A stretch of 64,000 nucleotides of DNA from Nitrosopumilus sp. (GCA_965207445.1 CBDBLX010000002.1:768001-832000); one strand, 5' to 3'. Positions 10,975 through 22,227 are shown, counted from the first letter of the stretch. Made by a program: numbers and translations. The notes: a model not told the origin generated them from the sequence alone.

Positions 10975-12134
10975 TGCCCAACACCTACTGTATTCCCAAC
11001 ACCTATGATCAGTATGGTTTGTTTTTCTGATGAATTATCTCTTATCATATCATACACTTGCTCTCTTACTTTGTCTGCTTGCTGTGCTATTTTCTTTATC
11101 ATGGGTGTAATTGCCTCATAAACTGACTGTTTTACAACAATTGAGAATACTGGGATCGATGCATTTGATGCATACTCTTCGATCTCAAATCTCTCTGTGC
11201 CTATACCACCTATTGCTGCTCCAAATCCTTGTGATGTTGTAGCAGTTTCCTCACCTTCCATCTTCAGCGCTGCGTCTATCATGATAATAATGTCTATGTT
11301 TTGTCCTGTTTGTATGATTTCATGTAATGCATCGGCTGGCCTGCCGACCACTGATTCTGGGCCCTTTGCCTTTAGTATAATGATGTTTCTTCTTTCAAAT
11401 ACATCTCTTGCAACTACTGTGTGTAATGTATTGTTGTAATTTTTTTGAAGATCAAGCATCATTTTACCTACTACCATGGGCCCTATTCCATCTCCTATTG
11501 GTTGTCCACTTTGAAATGCTTGCATTGCATCTCGTAGTGCTTCTGCTTGCTCCATTACAAATGGTAAGACCATTTGAAGTGGTAGTATGAGGGGATAGTT
11601 GTTTTGTTTTTTTGCTGTAAGAAACATATGGTTTACCACTTTATGTATCAACTGAAGCGATGATGCAATCTCTAAGAGTGTATGTACTCTTGCCACTTGG
11701 ATCTCATCTGCTTGATTGTTTTCTGATAAGATTCTTGTAATTTGTTGTCTTGTAGTATCTTCTCTTGTGCGCATTGTATGTTTGACTTTTGGTATGATTC
11801 CTGTGGGATCCATGTCTACTGGCATTATTGTAAAATAGTCTAAAAGTTGTAAGATCTTCTCTGTTGGATTGTGCGTGAGATTTGTGGTATCTTTGATGTG
11901 CTCTAAAAGTTTGTTTTTTGACTCTATTCTATACGTGTCTAGTTTCTTTATTGATTTTTTGATCTCGCCTGATGTCACGTATAGTTGGATTCGTTGACCA
12001 TAAAACACAAAGAGAATTATTGGCAGTATCCAAATAAGCATCAAAAGTGGGTTTGATTCTTCTCCCATTCCAAATATCTGATCTATGTTTATGTTGGTAA
12101 AATTCACTAAATGTATGTTTGTATTTTTCAACAT
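10971..12134 (-). CDS. DUF1512 family membrane-anchored protein
   Basis: PIGDGIGP, IDAALKMEGE and IGVGNTVGVGQ motifs typical of this archaeal family; N-terminal TM. Confidence 0.8.
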   Translation of the reverse strand: MLKNTNIHLVNFTNINIDQIFGMGEESNPLLMLIWILPIILFVFYGQRIQLYVTSGEIKKSIKKLDTYRIESKNKLLEHIKDTTNLTHNPTEKILQLLDYFTIMPVDMDPTGIIPKVKHTMRTREDTTRQQITRILSENNQADEIQVARVHTLLEIASSLQLIHKVVNHMFLTAKKQNNYPLILPLQMVLPFVMEQAEALRDAMQAFQSGQPIGDGIGPMVVGKMMLDLQKNYNNTLHTVVARDVFERRNIIILKAKGPESVVGRPADALHEIIQTGQNIDIIIMIDAALKMEGEETATTSQGFGAAIGGIGTERFEIEEYASNASIPVFSIVVKQSVYEAITPMIKKIAQQADKVREQVYDMIRDNSSEKQTILIIGVGNTVGVGQ

Positions 12135-12226
12135 AAATGATTCGAATCTTAACTTTTTGTATAATGTATGAGATCACTAATATGTGACGGCGAGTCCTTT
12201 TATTATGCGTCTTTGATATTATTATC

Positions 12227-12787
12227 ATGCCTCAAACAAAACCGATAATAAGTATCGAAAACGTGGTGGCATCTGCGTCTGTAGATCAAAAGATGGATCT
12301 CAATGAGATTACGCGTTTGTTTCCTGATGTAGAGTATCATCCTGATCAGTTTCCGGGGCTTGTGTTTAGATTGAAGACTCCTAGAACTGCTACTTTGATA
12401 TTCACATCTGGGAAGATGGTGTGTACTGGCTCTAAATCCGAACTTTTGGCTCGCAAGGCAGTTAGAACAGTTGTACGACGATTGCGTAAAGGCGGCATCA
12501 AGGTCAAAAAGAATGCTGTAGTTGAAATACAAAATATAGTGGCCTCTATAAATCTGCGTGGTCGAATACATTTGGAGCAAGCAGCACGTTCATTACCGCG
12601 AAGCATGTATGAACCTGAGCAATTTCCTGGATTGATTCATCGTATGGTTGATCCAAAGACCGTAATTTTGGTATTCTCATCTGGCAAACTTGTTTGTACT
12701 GGTGCTAGAAATGAGCCTGATGTACACCGTTCTGTAAATAATTTGCATGCAGTGCTAGAAGAGCATGATTTAATGATTTATGATTGA
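12227..12787 (+). CDS. tbp: TATA-box binding protein
   Basis: Two TBP repeats (ENVVAS...YHPDQFPGLVFR; QNIVAS...YEPEQFPGLIHR). Confidence 0.97.
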   Translation: MPQTKPIISIENVVASASVDQKMDLNEITRLFPDVEYHPDQFPGLVFRLKTPRTATLIFTSGKMVCTGSKSELLARKAVRTVVRRLRKGGIKVKKNAVVEIQNIVASINLRGRIHLEQAARSLPRSMYEPEQFPGLIHRMVDPKTVILVFSSGKLVCTGARNEPDVHRSVNNLHAVLEEHDLMIYD

Positions 12788-13129
12788 TCATTTTATAGAA
12801 CTACCAAGTGGTACTGAATCTGCATCTTGCACTGAAAGCCAAAACGGTTTATCATTGACATCTGCTGCCAAAAGCATTGCGTTTGATTCCACCCCTGCTA
12901 CTTTTTTTGGCTCTAGATTTACTATGACAATTACTATCTTTCCTAACATCTCATTTGGTGTGAAATATTGAGCACCGCCTATTATTACATTTCGTGTGTT
13001 GTCCTCACTATCACTTAATTTGATGCGTCCTTGCATTATGCGTGTTTTGCCTTTTATGGGTTCTATATGGACTATCTTGCCAACTCGAATGTCAAGCTTT
13101 GCAAAGTCGTCATATGATATTTGGTTCAT
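12788..13129 (-). CDS. tRNA-binding OB-fold protein (Trbp111/CsaA-like)
   Basis: ISYDDFAKLDIRVGKI and VNLEPKKVAGVESNAMLLAA motifs. Confidence 0.9.
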   Translation of the reverse strand: MNQISYDDFAKLDIRVGKIVHIEPIKGKTRIMQGRIKLSDSEDNTRNVIIGGAQYFTPNEMLGKIVIVIVNLEPKKVAGVESNAMLLAADVNDKPFWLSVQDADSVPLGSSIK

Positions 13130-13246
13130 AATTACTCTATATGAAATGGCTTAAAATTAATTTCGCTTTTAATTTATTTTCTCACGTTGTATTATGTTTT
13201 GTTTGTTTGTTTGTATGTATATAAGTATGTAAGTAATAATATCCAT

Positions 13247-13329
13247 GTAACTATTCAACCTCTTCCTAAATTTAGGCACAAATTCACCACCTAACATCTG
13301 GCGCAGGTAACGGGGGGTTGAACGGTTAC
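13247..13329. mobile_element. 81-bp MITE family, copy 2 (inverted)
   Basis: GTAACTATTCAACC...GGTTGAACGGTTAC, the reverse complement of the other copies. Imperfect 9-bp flanks AATATCCAT / AATATCTCT. Confidence 0.85.
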
Positions 13330-13364
13330 AATATCTCTAATCATTAAACACATTAAGACGTATA

Positions 13365-13580
13365 TCATCTTGCAAGTTTTACTTTATCGACGTTTGGTGA
13401 TGTTTCTATGTCATATCTGATGTCAAGTGGGAGATCAAGATATGCCATGTTTACCATGTCTGAGATTTTATTATCTGGTATGTCTATCATGCTCAAAATT
13501 TTGGCCCTTTGATGTGCATATGCATTCTTCCAAAATGTGGCACCGTCAAATGTGGATATCTTTTTTCTTTTAATTACCAT
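13365..13580 (-). CDS. Hypothetical protein
   Basis: 71-aa ORF with normal composition and an upstream TATA-like TATTAAATA on the minus strand. Confidence 0.6.
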   Translation of the reverse strand: MVIKRKKISTFDGATFWKNAYAHQRAKILSMIDIPDNKISDMVNMAYLDLPLDIRYDIETSPNVDKVKLAR

Positions 13581-14227
13581 GTTGTGTAATTTGTAGTAGG
13601 GTTATTTAATATCTGACTGTGAAGGAAGAATGGCACACGCCATTAGAACTGGAGTTACTGTTCTGGATTTTAGGCATTATGCCCATCACAGCCTAAACTA
13701 TTCTTTATAATCTAATATATCAATATTTCATTACAATAGTGAGGAATTATATATTTTAGTTAACTAGTATACTGTATGTCCCACCTGAATACACCCACTA
13801 GGTATTTTTTAATTACTCGTGTTTAATCACAACTATGCGACAGTTCAACCGGACAGCAGGACAGGACAGAGTCATGCACTCCAAGACACAGTACGCAGAG
13901 TATTAGAGCAAATAAGTTACAGATTCTGGGCAGAGTCTTTGGTAATTCACATTACATGCCATGGCACAACACGTGTTTTGGATCGAGTGACTTGTTGGCA
14001 AAATGAGTGGGTTGATTATCTGAAAAATGCATTCAAATGCTTGGAGAGTGGTTACATAGGCAATCAGAATATATCAAATCATTTAAGCACGATAGGAATA
14101 CATGATTTTTATAAGAGTTCATTTTAAATGGTTAAATATTATACATAAGAAGTGACCGTATTGAAGTGTAATTTTATAGACATAGAACGTACGTTGAATA
14201 TATATCTAGGAAAAAATTTTCAAAAAT

Positions 14228-14476
14228 GTGATGAGGTTGGATGCAGAAATTAAGATACTTTGTAGCAATCATAAAGTATGTGATAATGTGATCCAAACGT
14301 TGGACTCAATGGGGTTTACACAGATCAAAGATGTAAGTAAATCCTCGATTTCATTTGACATTACTGCCAAGCATAAGTTTCAAGATGCAAAAGATGAGGA
14401 AAGAATGATAAAAGAAGTATTTGGTAGGTGTGAGGATAAAATTCATGAGATTCAAGTTTCGAGAAAAAATCTATGA
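14228..14476 (+). CDS. Hypothetical small protein (possible ferredoxin-like/ACT fold)
   Basis: 82-aa ORF with an alternating beta/alpha pattern; overlaps the next ORF. Confidence 0.5.
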   Translation: MMRLDAEIKILCSNHKVCDNVIQTLDSMGFTQIKDVSKSSISFDITAKHKFQDAKDEERMIKEVFGRCEDKIHEIQVSRKNL

Positions 14477-14807
14477 CTTTTTTAGGCCTCCAATAAAGAT
14501 CACATTCATTCTGGCCGATCCATTCACGGAATCGTTATGCACAGATATTCAAAATACGTTGAGGACCAAAGAACGCATAGTAACAACAAAGTATACGATA
14601 CTTGGAAATTTTTATAATCACAGAGTAAAGGTGCGTGTACATAACCGTCAAAAACTCAAAGAGAACATAAACAAACTGCGAAAAAAACATCCAAATATGG
14701 CAATTGAGCTCGAACCCACTTCATATGTCAAGCATATTTGGAGTCTAAGTACATCAATTATTGCTATCATATTGATAGTTTGGAAAATCCTAGAATTATT
14801 TCAGTAA
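14445..14807 (+). CDS. Hypothetical protein with C-terminal TM helix
   Basis: ATG at MRFKF; ends SLSTSIIAIILIVWKILELFQ. Confidence 0.5.
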   Translation: MRFKFREKIYDFFRPPIKITFILADPFTESLCTDIQNTLRTKERIVTTKYTILGNFYNHRVKVRVHNRQKLKENINKLRKKHPNMAIELEPTSYVKHIWSLSTSIIAIILIVWKILELFQ

Positions 14808-15050
14808 TTTTTGTAATTGTCAAATTTGTATCTATGGTGTGTTAATACTATATAGAGTATTTTATAGTTGCACATATTTTTGTAAAATTCTGAACTTGTC
14901 AAGTATATAGTTAGTTTTTGATATTGGTATTAATGCTCTGTCATTGTCCTATGCAACTTACTAGATTAATTGCTGTGAGCATTCTGACTAGTCGACAGAT
15001 AATTTAAAGGGGTTTCTGCATAATCACTAATATATTTAATACAATCACAC

Positions 15051-15491
15051 ATGTCACATATGGCAGAGATTATAGTTGAACTTGACGTCAACGCTCCTGT
15101 ACATGTGGTTTGGGATATTATATCTGATGTAGACAACGAACCTCTATACTGGAAGGGCACAAAATCTGTCCGCAATATATCAAAAAATGATAATATAATC
15201 AAACGCGAGATTACAATTGCATTTAGGGATCAAAAATGTCTACAAGATGTTACACTCTATCCACAAAAACAAGTAGAATCTGTATTTACTGATGGTATTA
15301 TCAAGGGCACAAAATCTGTATATGTGATATCAAATGATTCCAATGATCGTGTATTATTGCGTACTGTGTGGAATGTGCAAATGACTGGAATGATGGGAAT
15401 GTTTACTGGTATGTTAAAAGGGCATATTCGTAACGGTACTGAGATTGCCATGAATGCTATCAAAGATGAAGCAGAGATGCGTGTTGCATAA
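15051..15491 (+). CDS. SRPBCC/polyketide cyclase family protein
   Basis: VNAPVHVVWDIISDVDNEPLYW START-fold N-terminus. Confidence 0.85.
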   Translation: MSHMAEIIVELDVNAPVHVVWDIISDVDNEPLYWKGTKSVRNISKNDNIIKREITIAFRDQKCLQDVTLYPQKQVESVFTDGIIKGTKSVYVISNDSNDRVLLRTVWNVQMTGMMGMFTGMLKGHIRNGTEIAMNAIKDEAEMRVA

Positions 15492-15506
15492 GGGTGGTTA
15501 CTGCTA

Positions 15507-16823
15507 ATGTATGATATTGCCATCTCTGTGATATTGTATATACTGTCTACTATAATGATCTGCATAATTGGAGCATGGGTGTATTTATTGCGATCAATGT
15601 CTGTCACATTTCGCAACGTTCCGTCTCTTGATATGTGTGTGGGTGATAAATCTCAAAATTACAGTACCAATAACTGTGATATTTCAAACATACTTACACA
15701 AAATGACATTCGCAACAACAAATCTAATTCTGTTGATGTGCCGCAACCTCTTGTGTCTGTAATCATTCCTGCTCGAAATGAGACTAATTATATCCAGCAA
15801 TGCCTTGATTCGTTGACGTCTCAGAGTTATGACAATTATGAAATTATTGCAATTGATGATTCTTCTGATGATGACACTTTTAAGATTATTACTCGATGCG
15901 CAAAAGATCATCCTGAATTGATTGTCCCTGTGTCTGCTAGACAAAAGCCTGATGATTGGATGGGTAAAAATTGGGCTTGCATGGAAGGATATCAAAAGGC
16001 AAAGGGTGACTTGTTGCTATTCACTGATGCTGATACACATCATGACAAAGATGTAATTACACTTGCAGTACGATACTTTTATGCAAACAAACTTGATGCA
16101 TTGACTGTAATGCCTAAAATGCTTGCACCAGACTTTTGGGTCAAATCTGCATTACCTATGATATCTGTATTTTTGCACACACGATTCTCTGCACTCAAAG
16201 TAAATGATCCCAATAGTAAGACAGGTTATTTCTTTGGGAGTTTTTTCATACTAAAACGCCAAACATATCTATCTATTGGAACTCATAAAAGTGTCCGGGG
16301 TGAAGTAATCGAAGATGGTGCACTAGGACGCAAGACAAAAGAGGCTGGGTATAACATGCGTATGGTAAAAGGTGAACATTTGATAGATGCAATTTGGGCA
16401 CGCAACTTTGATACATTATGGCATGCACTAAAACGATTGATAATACCGCTACGTGCTCAAAATGGCTTTGGAATGACACTTGGAATTGTGATTGCCGTTG
16501 CATTTTTACTGTTTGCACCATTTCTGTCACTTGCATCTGGGATTTTTCTACTTTTGGATGAATCTTTAACAAATATGTTGCCTGCACTAGTTATGGTGTG
16601 TGCAAGTGGCGTTGCATCTGTACTTGTTTGGATTGGTGCTATACTTGAATCAAAAACTGGATTACATATTGGATCTGTGTATGGGTTGTTTGCACCACTT
16701 GGTGGATTTATGATATCTGCTGGATTTTTTGCAGGATTATTACGCTCAAATCCATCTGTCGTATGGCGCGGTAGACGGTACAATGCAAGTGACATGCCAT
16801 CTAAACAATTCGCAGCAATCTGA
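15507..16823 (+). CDS. Family 2 glycosyltransferase, membrane bound
   Basis: VSVIIPARNE, DDSSDDDT, WMGKNWAC, LLFTDADT and IEDGALG motifs; C-terminal TMs. Confidence 0.9.
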   Translation: MYDIAISVILYILSTIMICIIGAWVYLLRSMSVTFRNVPSLDMCVGDKSQNYSTNNCDISNILTQNDIRNNKSNSVDVPQPLVSVIIPARNETNYIQQCLDSLTSQSYDNYEIIAIDDSSDDDTFKIITRCAKDHPELIVPVSARQKPDDWMGKNWACMEGYQKAKGDLLLFTDADTHHDKDVITLAVRYFYANKLDALTVMPKMLAPDFWVKSALPMISVFLHTRFSALKVNDPNSKTGYFFGSFFILKRQTYLSIGTHKSVRGEVIEDGALGRKTKEAGYNMRMVKGEHLIDAIWARNFDTLWHALKRLIIPLRAQNGFGMTLGIVIAVAFLLFAPFLSLASGIFLLLDESLTNMLPALVMVCASGVASVLVWIGAILESKTGLHIGSVYGLFAPLGGFMISAGFFAGLLRSNPSVVWRGRRYNASDMPSKQFAAI

Positions 16824-17025
16824 CTTGTTTTGTCTTATTTACTCATTTATGACAATACTTGTTAAAATATTTATTACAAAAATACTTTTTATTGTCATAA
16901 ACTAAATAATATATATATAATAACAACAACACAACGCATGCATTGATTGACATGTCACTAATTTCTGTCTCATGTGTATGTGGTATCTGATTTGCCTTAG
17001 TAACCCTTTTACGTAGTTTAAAGAT

Positions 17026-18249
17026 TTGCACCATATGGGAAATTCCAATGCAGTCACTGTTGGTGTTGTTGCCGCAATAATTGCAATCTCATTTGTTGCT
17101 GTATTTGTTATTCTTCCTACAAGCAATATTGACTCTGGTGTATCGTCTACGTATACTGCTCCTGATACACGTACATCTGATAATTCTGGTGATTTGCAAA
17201 ATACACAACAACAACCTTCTTTTGTATCTACGCCACCATACATGCAAAATTATGATAACCCCGTATATGATAGAAACTTATCTTTGGTTGACATATTTGA
17301 AAAGACAGAACCTGGTGTGGTTCGAATCAATGTGTTACGTGCACCTGATATTACGACTAATGATAATGGTGTAGGCTCTGGTTTTGTGTATGATAAACAA
17401 GGGCATATAGTGACAAACATGCATGTAATTCAAGCAGCAGAGGCCATACGTGTAACGTTCCTTGATGGTAATTCTTATCCTGCTGTTGTAATTGGTGAAG
17501 ATATATTCACAGACATTGCAGTAATACGTGTGAATGTGGATGCATCAATCTTACACCCTCTAGTCTTTGGCAACTCGTCTTCGCTCAAAGTGGGTGAACA
17601 AATTGCTGCAATTGGAAACCCATTTGGTTTGTCTGGTTCTATGACATCTGGTATTGTTAGTCAAGTAGGACGTCTGTTACCGTCAAATGTGGGTTATTCA
17701 ATACCTGATGTGATTCAAACTGATGCTGCTATTAACCCTGGAAATTCTGGTGGACCGTTGCTTAACATGCGTGGTGAAGTAATTGGAATAAACAACGCAA
17801 TACAGTCAACTACTGGTGAGTTTGCAGGTGTGGGATTTGCAATTCCATCACTTACTGCAATGACTGTTGTTCCTAATCTGATCATAGACAACTCGTATTC
17901 TCACCCTTGGATTGGTATATCTGGGCGTGATGTAGGATTTGATACTGCTGAATTGATGGGATTAGACAATGCTGTAGGATTTTTGGTAGTTGATGTGATA
18001 GAGAATAGCCCTGCAGAGATGGCCGGATTGCTACCTTCTGATGATACAGTTGAGATTAATGGAGCAGAGTTACGTATCGGCGGTGATGTTATATTGGGAG
18101 TAGACGGTAATGATGTTCGAAAAATATCTGATATTTTGATATATCTGCAACGTTCAAAGTCCGTAGGTGATGAACTAGTTTTAGATGTGTTTAGGGATGG
18201 GGAGATGGTTAAGGTTTACTTGACTCTTCAGCATAGGCCCATACAATGA
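17026..18249 (+). CDS. HtrA/DegP-like serine protease with PDZ domain
   Basis: GSGFVYD...TNMHV, DIAV and IQTDAAINPGNSGGPL catalytic triad; PDZ C-terminus; N-terminal TM. Confidence 0.95.
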   Translation: MHHMGNSNAVTVGVVAAIIAISFVAVFVILPTSNIDSGVSSTYTAPDTRTSDNSGDLQNTQQQPSFVSTPPYMQNYDNPVYDRNLSLVDIFEKTEPGVVRINVLRAPDITTNDNGVGSGFVYDKQGHIVTNMHVIQAAEAIRVTFLDGNSYPAVVIGEDIFTDIAVIRVNVDASILHPLVFGNSSSLKVGEQIAAIGNPFGLSGSMTSGIVSQVGRLLPSNVGYSIPDVIQTDAAINPGNSGGPLLNMRGEVIGINNAIQSTTGEFAGVGFAIPSLTAMTVVPNLIIDNSYSHPWIGISGRDVGFDTAELMGLDNAVGFLVVDVIENSPAEMAGLLPSDDTVEINGAELRIGGDVILGVDGNDVRKISDILIYLQRSKSVGDELVLDVFRDGEMVKVYLTLQHRPIQ

Positions 18250-18303
18250 CTGTATATTGCGTTATGGCGCAAAAATAAATACTTCTTGTCATGACTTGAA
18301 CTG

Positions 18304-19587
18304 TTGAGTGAACTCTTATTCAAATCCGAATGTCTCAATAAAATCTTAGATGGCAAACATGATATATCATGTGATGATATGGTGAATCTTATATGTTGTG
18401 GCTATGCACTCTCTGAGAACACTGACTCATCTTCCACCTCATCTCAAAGTATATCAGAGTCGACAAATGTAGATGGACTTAATCAAATGCATGCATTTGG
18501 TGACTATACACACAATAACACACAAAATGAAATATTTGCGGCTGCTAGGATCTTGCAGTCTATCCACAAATCTATCACAACAACGTTCTCAAAAAAAGCC
18601 TTTCTCAATGTTGTAAATTTGTGTCGTGATATATGCACTTATTGTACATACAAAGCCGAACCTGGACAACAAAAGTCTACTATGATGTCACGGCGTATGA
18701 TATGTGACTCGTTGCAAATGGCATCCAAATACCGTTGTATTGAGGCTCTCCTAGTCACAGGTGAGCGACCAGAAGAGCGATACGAACAAGCACGACGGTG
18801 GCTTGCAGAAAATGATTTTGAGTCTACTGTTGATTGTCTTGTCTATGCCTCTGAGCAGGCCCTTGAGTTGGGACTCTTTCCACACACAAACGCTGGAAAC
18901 TTGCACAGATCAGAGTTGGCACAACTACAAAAGACAAATGTTTCTATGGGATTGATGCTTGAGACTGACAGCCTAAGACTCTCAAAACCGCACATGGCTC
19001 ATCATTTAGCACCAAGTAAACATCCAAAACAAAGAATTGCAATACTAGAAGAGGCAGGAAGGTTAAAAATTCCAATGACTACTGGAATTTTACTAGGTAT
19101 TGGTGAGACGATAAAAGAAGCAATTTCATCACTTGACACTATACGAAACATACACAAAAAATATGGGCATATACAAGAAGTAATTATACAAAACTTTCAG
19201 CCAAAACCAGATACTGCAATGCGGCGTGCTCCTCCTGCTGACCACGTATACTTTATGACTATTGTTGCTGCATGTCGTATAATGATGCCTAAAATGAATA
19301 TTCAGATTCCACCAAATTTGTCTCCTGATTCATACCGTGACTTTCTCTCAGTTGGAATTAATGACTGGGGTGGCGTCTCTCCACTCACACCTGACTTTGT
19401 AAATCCAGAATTTCCGTGGCCCACAATTGATAAACTCAACTCTGACACTATTGCAGCAGGCCACACATTGGAGTGTAGGTTTCCTGTATATCCTGAGTTT
19501 GTCCATATGGTGCCTACTGATCTTCGTATGCGAATGTCTGAAATAGCACAAGATAATATGTTAGTACAAAAAGAGGTTTGGCAATGA
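18304..19587 (+). CDS. cofG: FO synthase subunit 1 (radical SAM)
   Basis: CRDICTYC, FPHTNAG, QEVIIQNFQPK and GINDWGGVSPLTPDFVNPE motifs. Confidence 0.93.
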   Translation: MSELLFKSECLNKILDGKHDISCDDMVNLICCGYALSENTDSSSTSSQSISESTNVDGLNQMHAFGDYTHNNTQNEIFAAARILQSIHKSITTTFSKKAFLNVVNLCRDICTYCTYKAEPGQQKSTMMSRRMICDSLQMASKYRCIEALLVTGERPEERYEQARRWLAENDFESTVDCLVYASEQALELGLFPHTNAGNLHRSELAQLQKTNVSMGLMLETDSLRLSKPHMAHHLAPSKHPKQRIAILEEAGRLKIPMTTGILLGIGETIKEAISSLDTIRNIHKKYGHIQEVIIQNFQPKPDTAMRRAPPADHVYFMTIVAACRIMMPKMNIQIPPNLSPDSYRDFLSVGINDWGGVSPLTPDFVNPEFPWPTIDKLNSDTIAAGHTLECRFPVYPEFVHMVPTDLRMRMSEIAQDNMLVQKEVWQ

Positions 19588-20915
19588 CTATTAATGCTAC
19601 TATTGACTCTTTTATCACAAAAGACACCGATCCTCAAATATGTGATATCTTGGAGTATGTGTTGTCTGAAGGTGAAATATCTCACCATGATGCTGTAAAG
19701 TTGTATATGGCATCTGATGCAGACGTCCATCTTATTGGAATGGTTGCCGATGAGTTGCGCAAAAGGCGTGTAGGTGATGTGGTCTCTTATGTGGTGAATC
19801 GTAACATTAACTTTACAAATGTGTGCATAAAACAGTGTGGCTTTTGTGCGTTTAGTAGGGACTTTAGGGCCGAAGAGGGCTATTTACTCCCTTCATCTGA
19901 GATTGTAAGACGTGCAAAAGAGGCTTATGAGTTGGGTGCAACTGAGGTGTGCATACAGGCAGGATTGTTACCTGATATGGATGGTGAGTTGTATGAGAAG
20001 ATATGTCGCGAGATAAAACGTGAGATCCCTAATATACACATACATGGATTTTCACCTGAAGAGATAATTTATGGTGCGAGCCGATCAAATGTGTCAATAG
20101 AGGAATTTCTTGTACGACTCAGAACTGCTGGTGTGGATACTCTACCTGGTACGTCTGCTGAGATACTTGATCAAAAATTACGAGATACAATATCACCTGG
20201 ACGTATTACTGTAAAGGATTGGGAGCGTGTCATACGTACTGCCCATCGACTAAACATAAAAACCACATCTACTATGATGTTCGGACATATGGAATCTATC
20301 CCGCAGCGTGTCTCTCACATGATCAAAATACGTGACATACAAAAGGACACTGGTGGGTTTACAGAGTTTGTACCTTTGAATTTTATTCACACCGAAGCAC
20401 CAATGTATCTACACAACATTCATGATAGTATAAAAAAAGGTGGTAGTGGTCAAGATGTGTTGTTGACTCATGCTATTGCCAGAATTATTTTTAACAACTA
20501 TATTGACAATATACAAATGTCATGGGTCAAAGAAGGTCCAAGCATGTCACAAATACTCCTCAAATGGGGTGCTAATGACTTTGGAGGGACATTGATAAAT
20601 GAAAGTATATCTACATCTGCTGGTTCTGCATATGGGCAGCTCTTAAAGCCACGCGAGATAAGACAGATGATACGTGATATAGGACGTATTCCTGCAGAAC
20701 GTGATACCAAATATAACATACTGCGCAAATTTAGCACAAATAATGGTGCAACATACAATGAAGATGACTGCACTGATGACAAGCGTACTGTTAGTCGTGA
20801 CAGTGACAACTCTGTATCACTACTTGATAATGCTGATGCATCTTCTTTTGGCTCATATAATGAACTCATTAAAATATCAAAGTTTAGATATCAAAATCCA
20901 CGTGAAAAAAGATAA
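19578..20915 (+). CDS. cofH: FO synthase subunit 2 (radical SAM)
   Basis: NRNINFTNVCIKQCGFCAF, LPGTSAEIL and GANDFGGTLINESIS motifs; adjacent to cofG. Confidence 0.93.
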   Translation: MAMTINATIDSFITKDTDPQICDILEYVLSEGEISHHDAVKLYMASDADVHLIGMVADELRKRRVGDVVSYVVNRNINFTNVCIKQCGFCAFSRDFRAEEGYLLPSSEIVRRAKEAYELGATEVCIQAGLLPDMDGELYEKICREIKREIPNIHIHGFSPEEIIYGASRSNVSIEEFLVRLRTAGVDTLPGTSAEILDQKLRDTISPGRITVKDWERVIRTAHRLNIKTTSTMMFGHMESIPQRVSHMIKIRDIQKDTGGFTEFVPLNFIHTEAPMYLHNIHDSIKKGGSGQDVLLTHAIARIIFNNYIDNIQMSWVKEGPSMSQILLKWGANDFGGTLINESISTSAGSAYGQLLKPREIRQMIRDIGRIPAERDTKYNILRKFSTNNGATYNEDDCTDDKRTVSRDSDNSVSLLDNADASSFGSYNELIKISKFRYQNPREKR

Positions 20916-20928
20916 CATAATGTTAATT

Positions 20929-21256
20929 GTGTATACTTGACTTACATATTTAATTATATGCGGTGTATTGGTTTAATTTGCATTTATTGTTTAAATGTAT
21001 GACCATTTTCTTAAAAGACAATTTCCCATCCATCTTTGACACTTTTTTTAATTTAATATATGGATCATCTGCTTTGTCTGGTCTTTTTTGACTTTTAATG
21101 TTGGTAAAAATTTGATCATACAAATGTATTTATTCTTTCCAATGACTTTAACAAATTAATTAAAATATGAGAAAATGCAATCATTACAAAATCTAAATTA
21201 ATTTGTTTATATTCAAATTTTAAATGAATATACTCATCGGGAAAGTTGACTTACAC
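20929..21256 (-). mobile_element. Internally deleted remnant of the second IS66-like family
   Basis: The reverse complement of about 21040-21256 aligns with 59418-59645. End reads GTGTAAGTCAACTTTCC. Near-matching 8-bp flanks TGTTAATT/CTTTAATT. Left boundary tentative. Confidence 0.65.
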
Positions 21257-21354
21257 CTTTAATTGATATGCATTTGGATTTTTTATTTTATCATTTAATT
21301 ATGAAATAGTTTTAGATATAAATATAAATATGACCAATTGAGAGAAGAATATTA

Positions 21355-21573
21355 TTGAATAAGAGCTGTCAAGGAATATGCGATATACACAAGAAAAATC
21401 CTTCAATACAATGTGGACATCCATATCAAAATGGGTATAAGCGATGTCGTGTGTGCCGTGTCTGGTTTCATACTACTGATACATATTGTATTTGTTGTGG
21501 ATTTTATTTATCGACTCATAGAAGAAGTGGTGTGGGTAAACTTGTAGACGAAGAAGGCATAAAGCGGTATTGA
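21355..21573 (+). CDS. Small Cys-rich (zinc-binding) protein
   Basis: CQGIC, CRVC and CICCG motifs; TATA-like element upstream. Confidence 0.65.
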   Translation: MNKSCQGICDIHKKNPSIQCGHPYQNGYKRCRVCRVWFHTTDTYCICCGFYLSTHRRSGVGKLVDEEGIKRY

Positions 21574-21777
21574 CTGAAACCTATATGATATTATTGAATT
21601 GCCATACTAGTGTGAGAACTAAGACATATGCGATGATCATTTAGTACTCGTTGATTAGTCTGATATTGCAATCTACATAAAACTCATGTTTGGCTTTTTT
21701 GACTTGGCTTTGTACTATCATATTTGCCGTGAGCTAAAATACCTTAAGACTAATGTGATTGAATTCTTGTTGTATTA

Positions 21778-22227
21778 TTGTATATGAATATTATTTTTCA
21801 TTTTAGCTTGATTGTTTTGACTCACATCATCTTATTTATAGAGTTATTAAGGACGTACCGTACTGGTACGGTATGTGTGCCAAGCTCTCGTATCTTCCAC
21901 TTGAGACTTGAGACTGCAGAGAACTTTGATCGATTTATCATACACAAGGAGTTTGTTATTGGTAATTCCGTAAAGGCCAAAGTTCGTAATTATAACACAT
22001 TATCAATACTAAAATTACTGTCTCAACTGCGAGGGGGATCAAAAACACATTCTAAATTGTTTACAGCATCGATGTTTCGATTTCGAGGATCGTTTCAAGA
22101 TTATCTTAACTTGTGCATTGATTATGGTTTTATCAAAATGTCTCATGTCCGCAAAAAAACATTTTATGAAATTACTACCAAAGGTTTAATGTTGATTCAA
22201 ATCTTTGCTATTGACAAAGATAATTAA
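21778..22227 (+). CDS. Winged-helix DNA-binding protein
   Basis: C-terminal half YLNLCIDYGFIK...YEITTKG is wHTH-like. Real start probably further downstream. Confidence 0.6.
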   Translation: MYMNIIFHFSLIVLTHIILFIELLRTYRTGTVCVPSSRIFHLRLETAENFDRFIIHKEFVIGNSVKAKVRNYNTLSILKLLSQLRGGSKTHSKLFTASMFRFRGSFQDYLNLCIDYGFIKMSHVRKKTFYEITTKGLMLIQIFAIDKDN

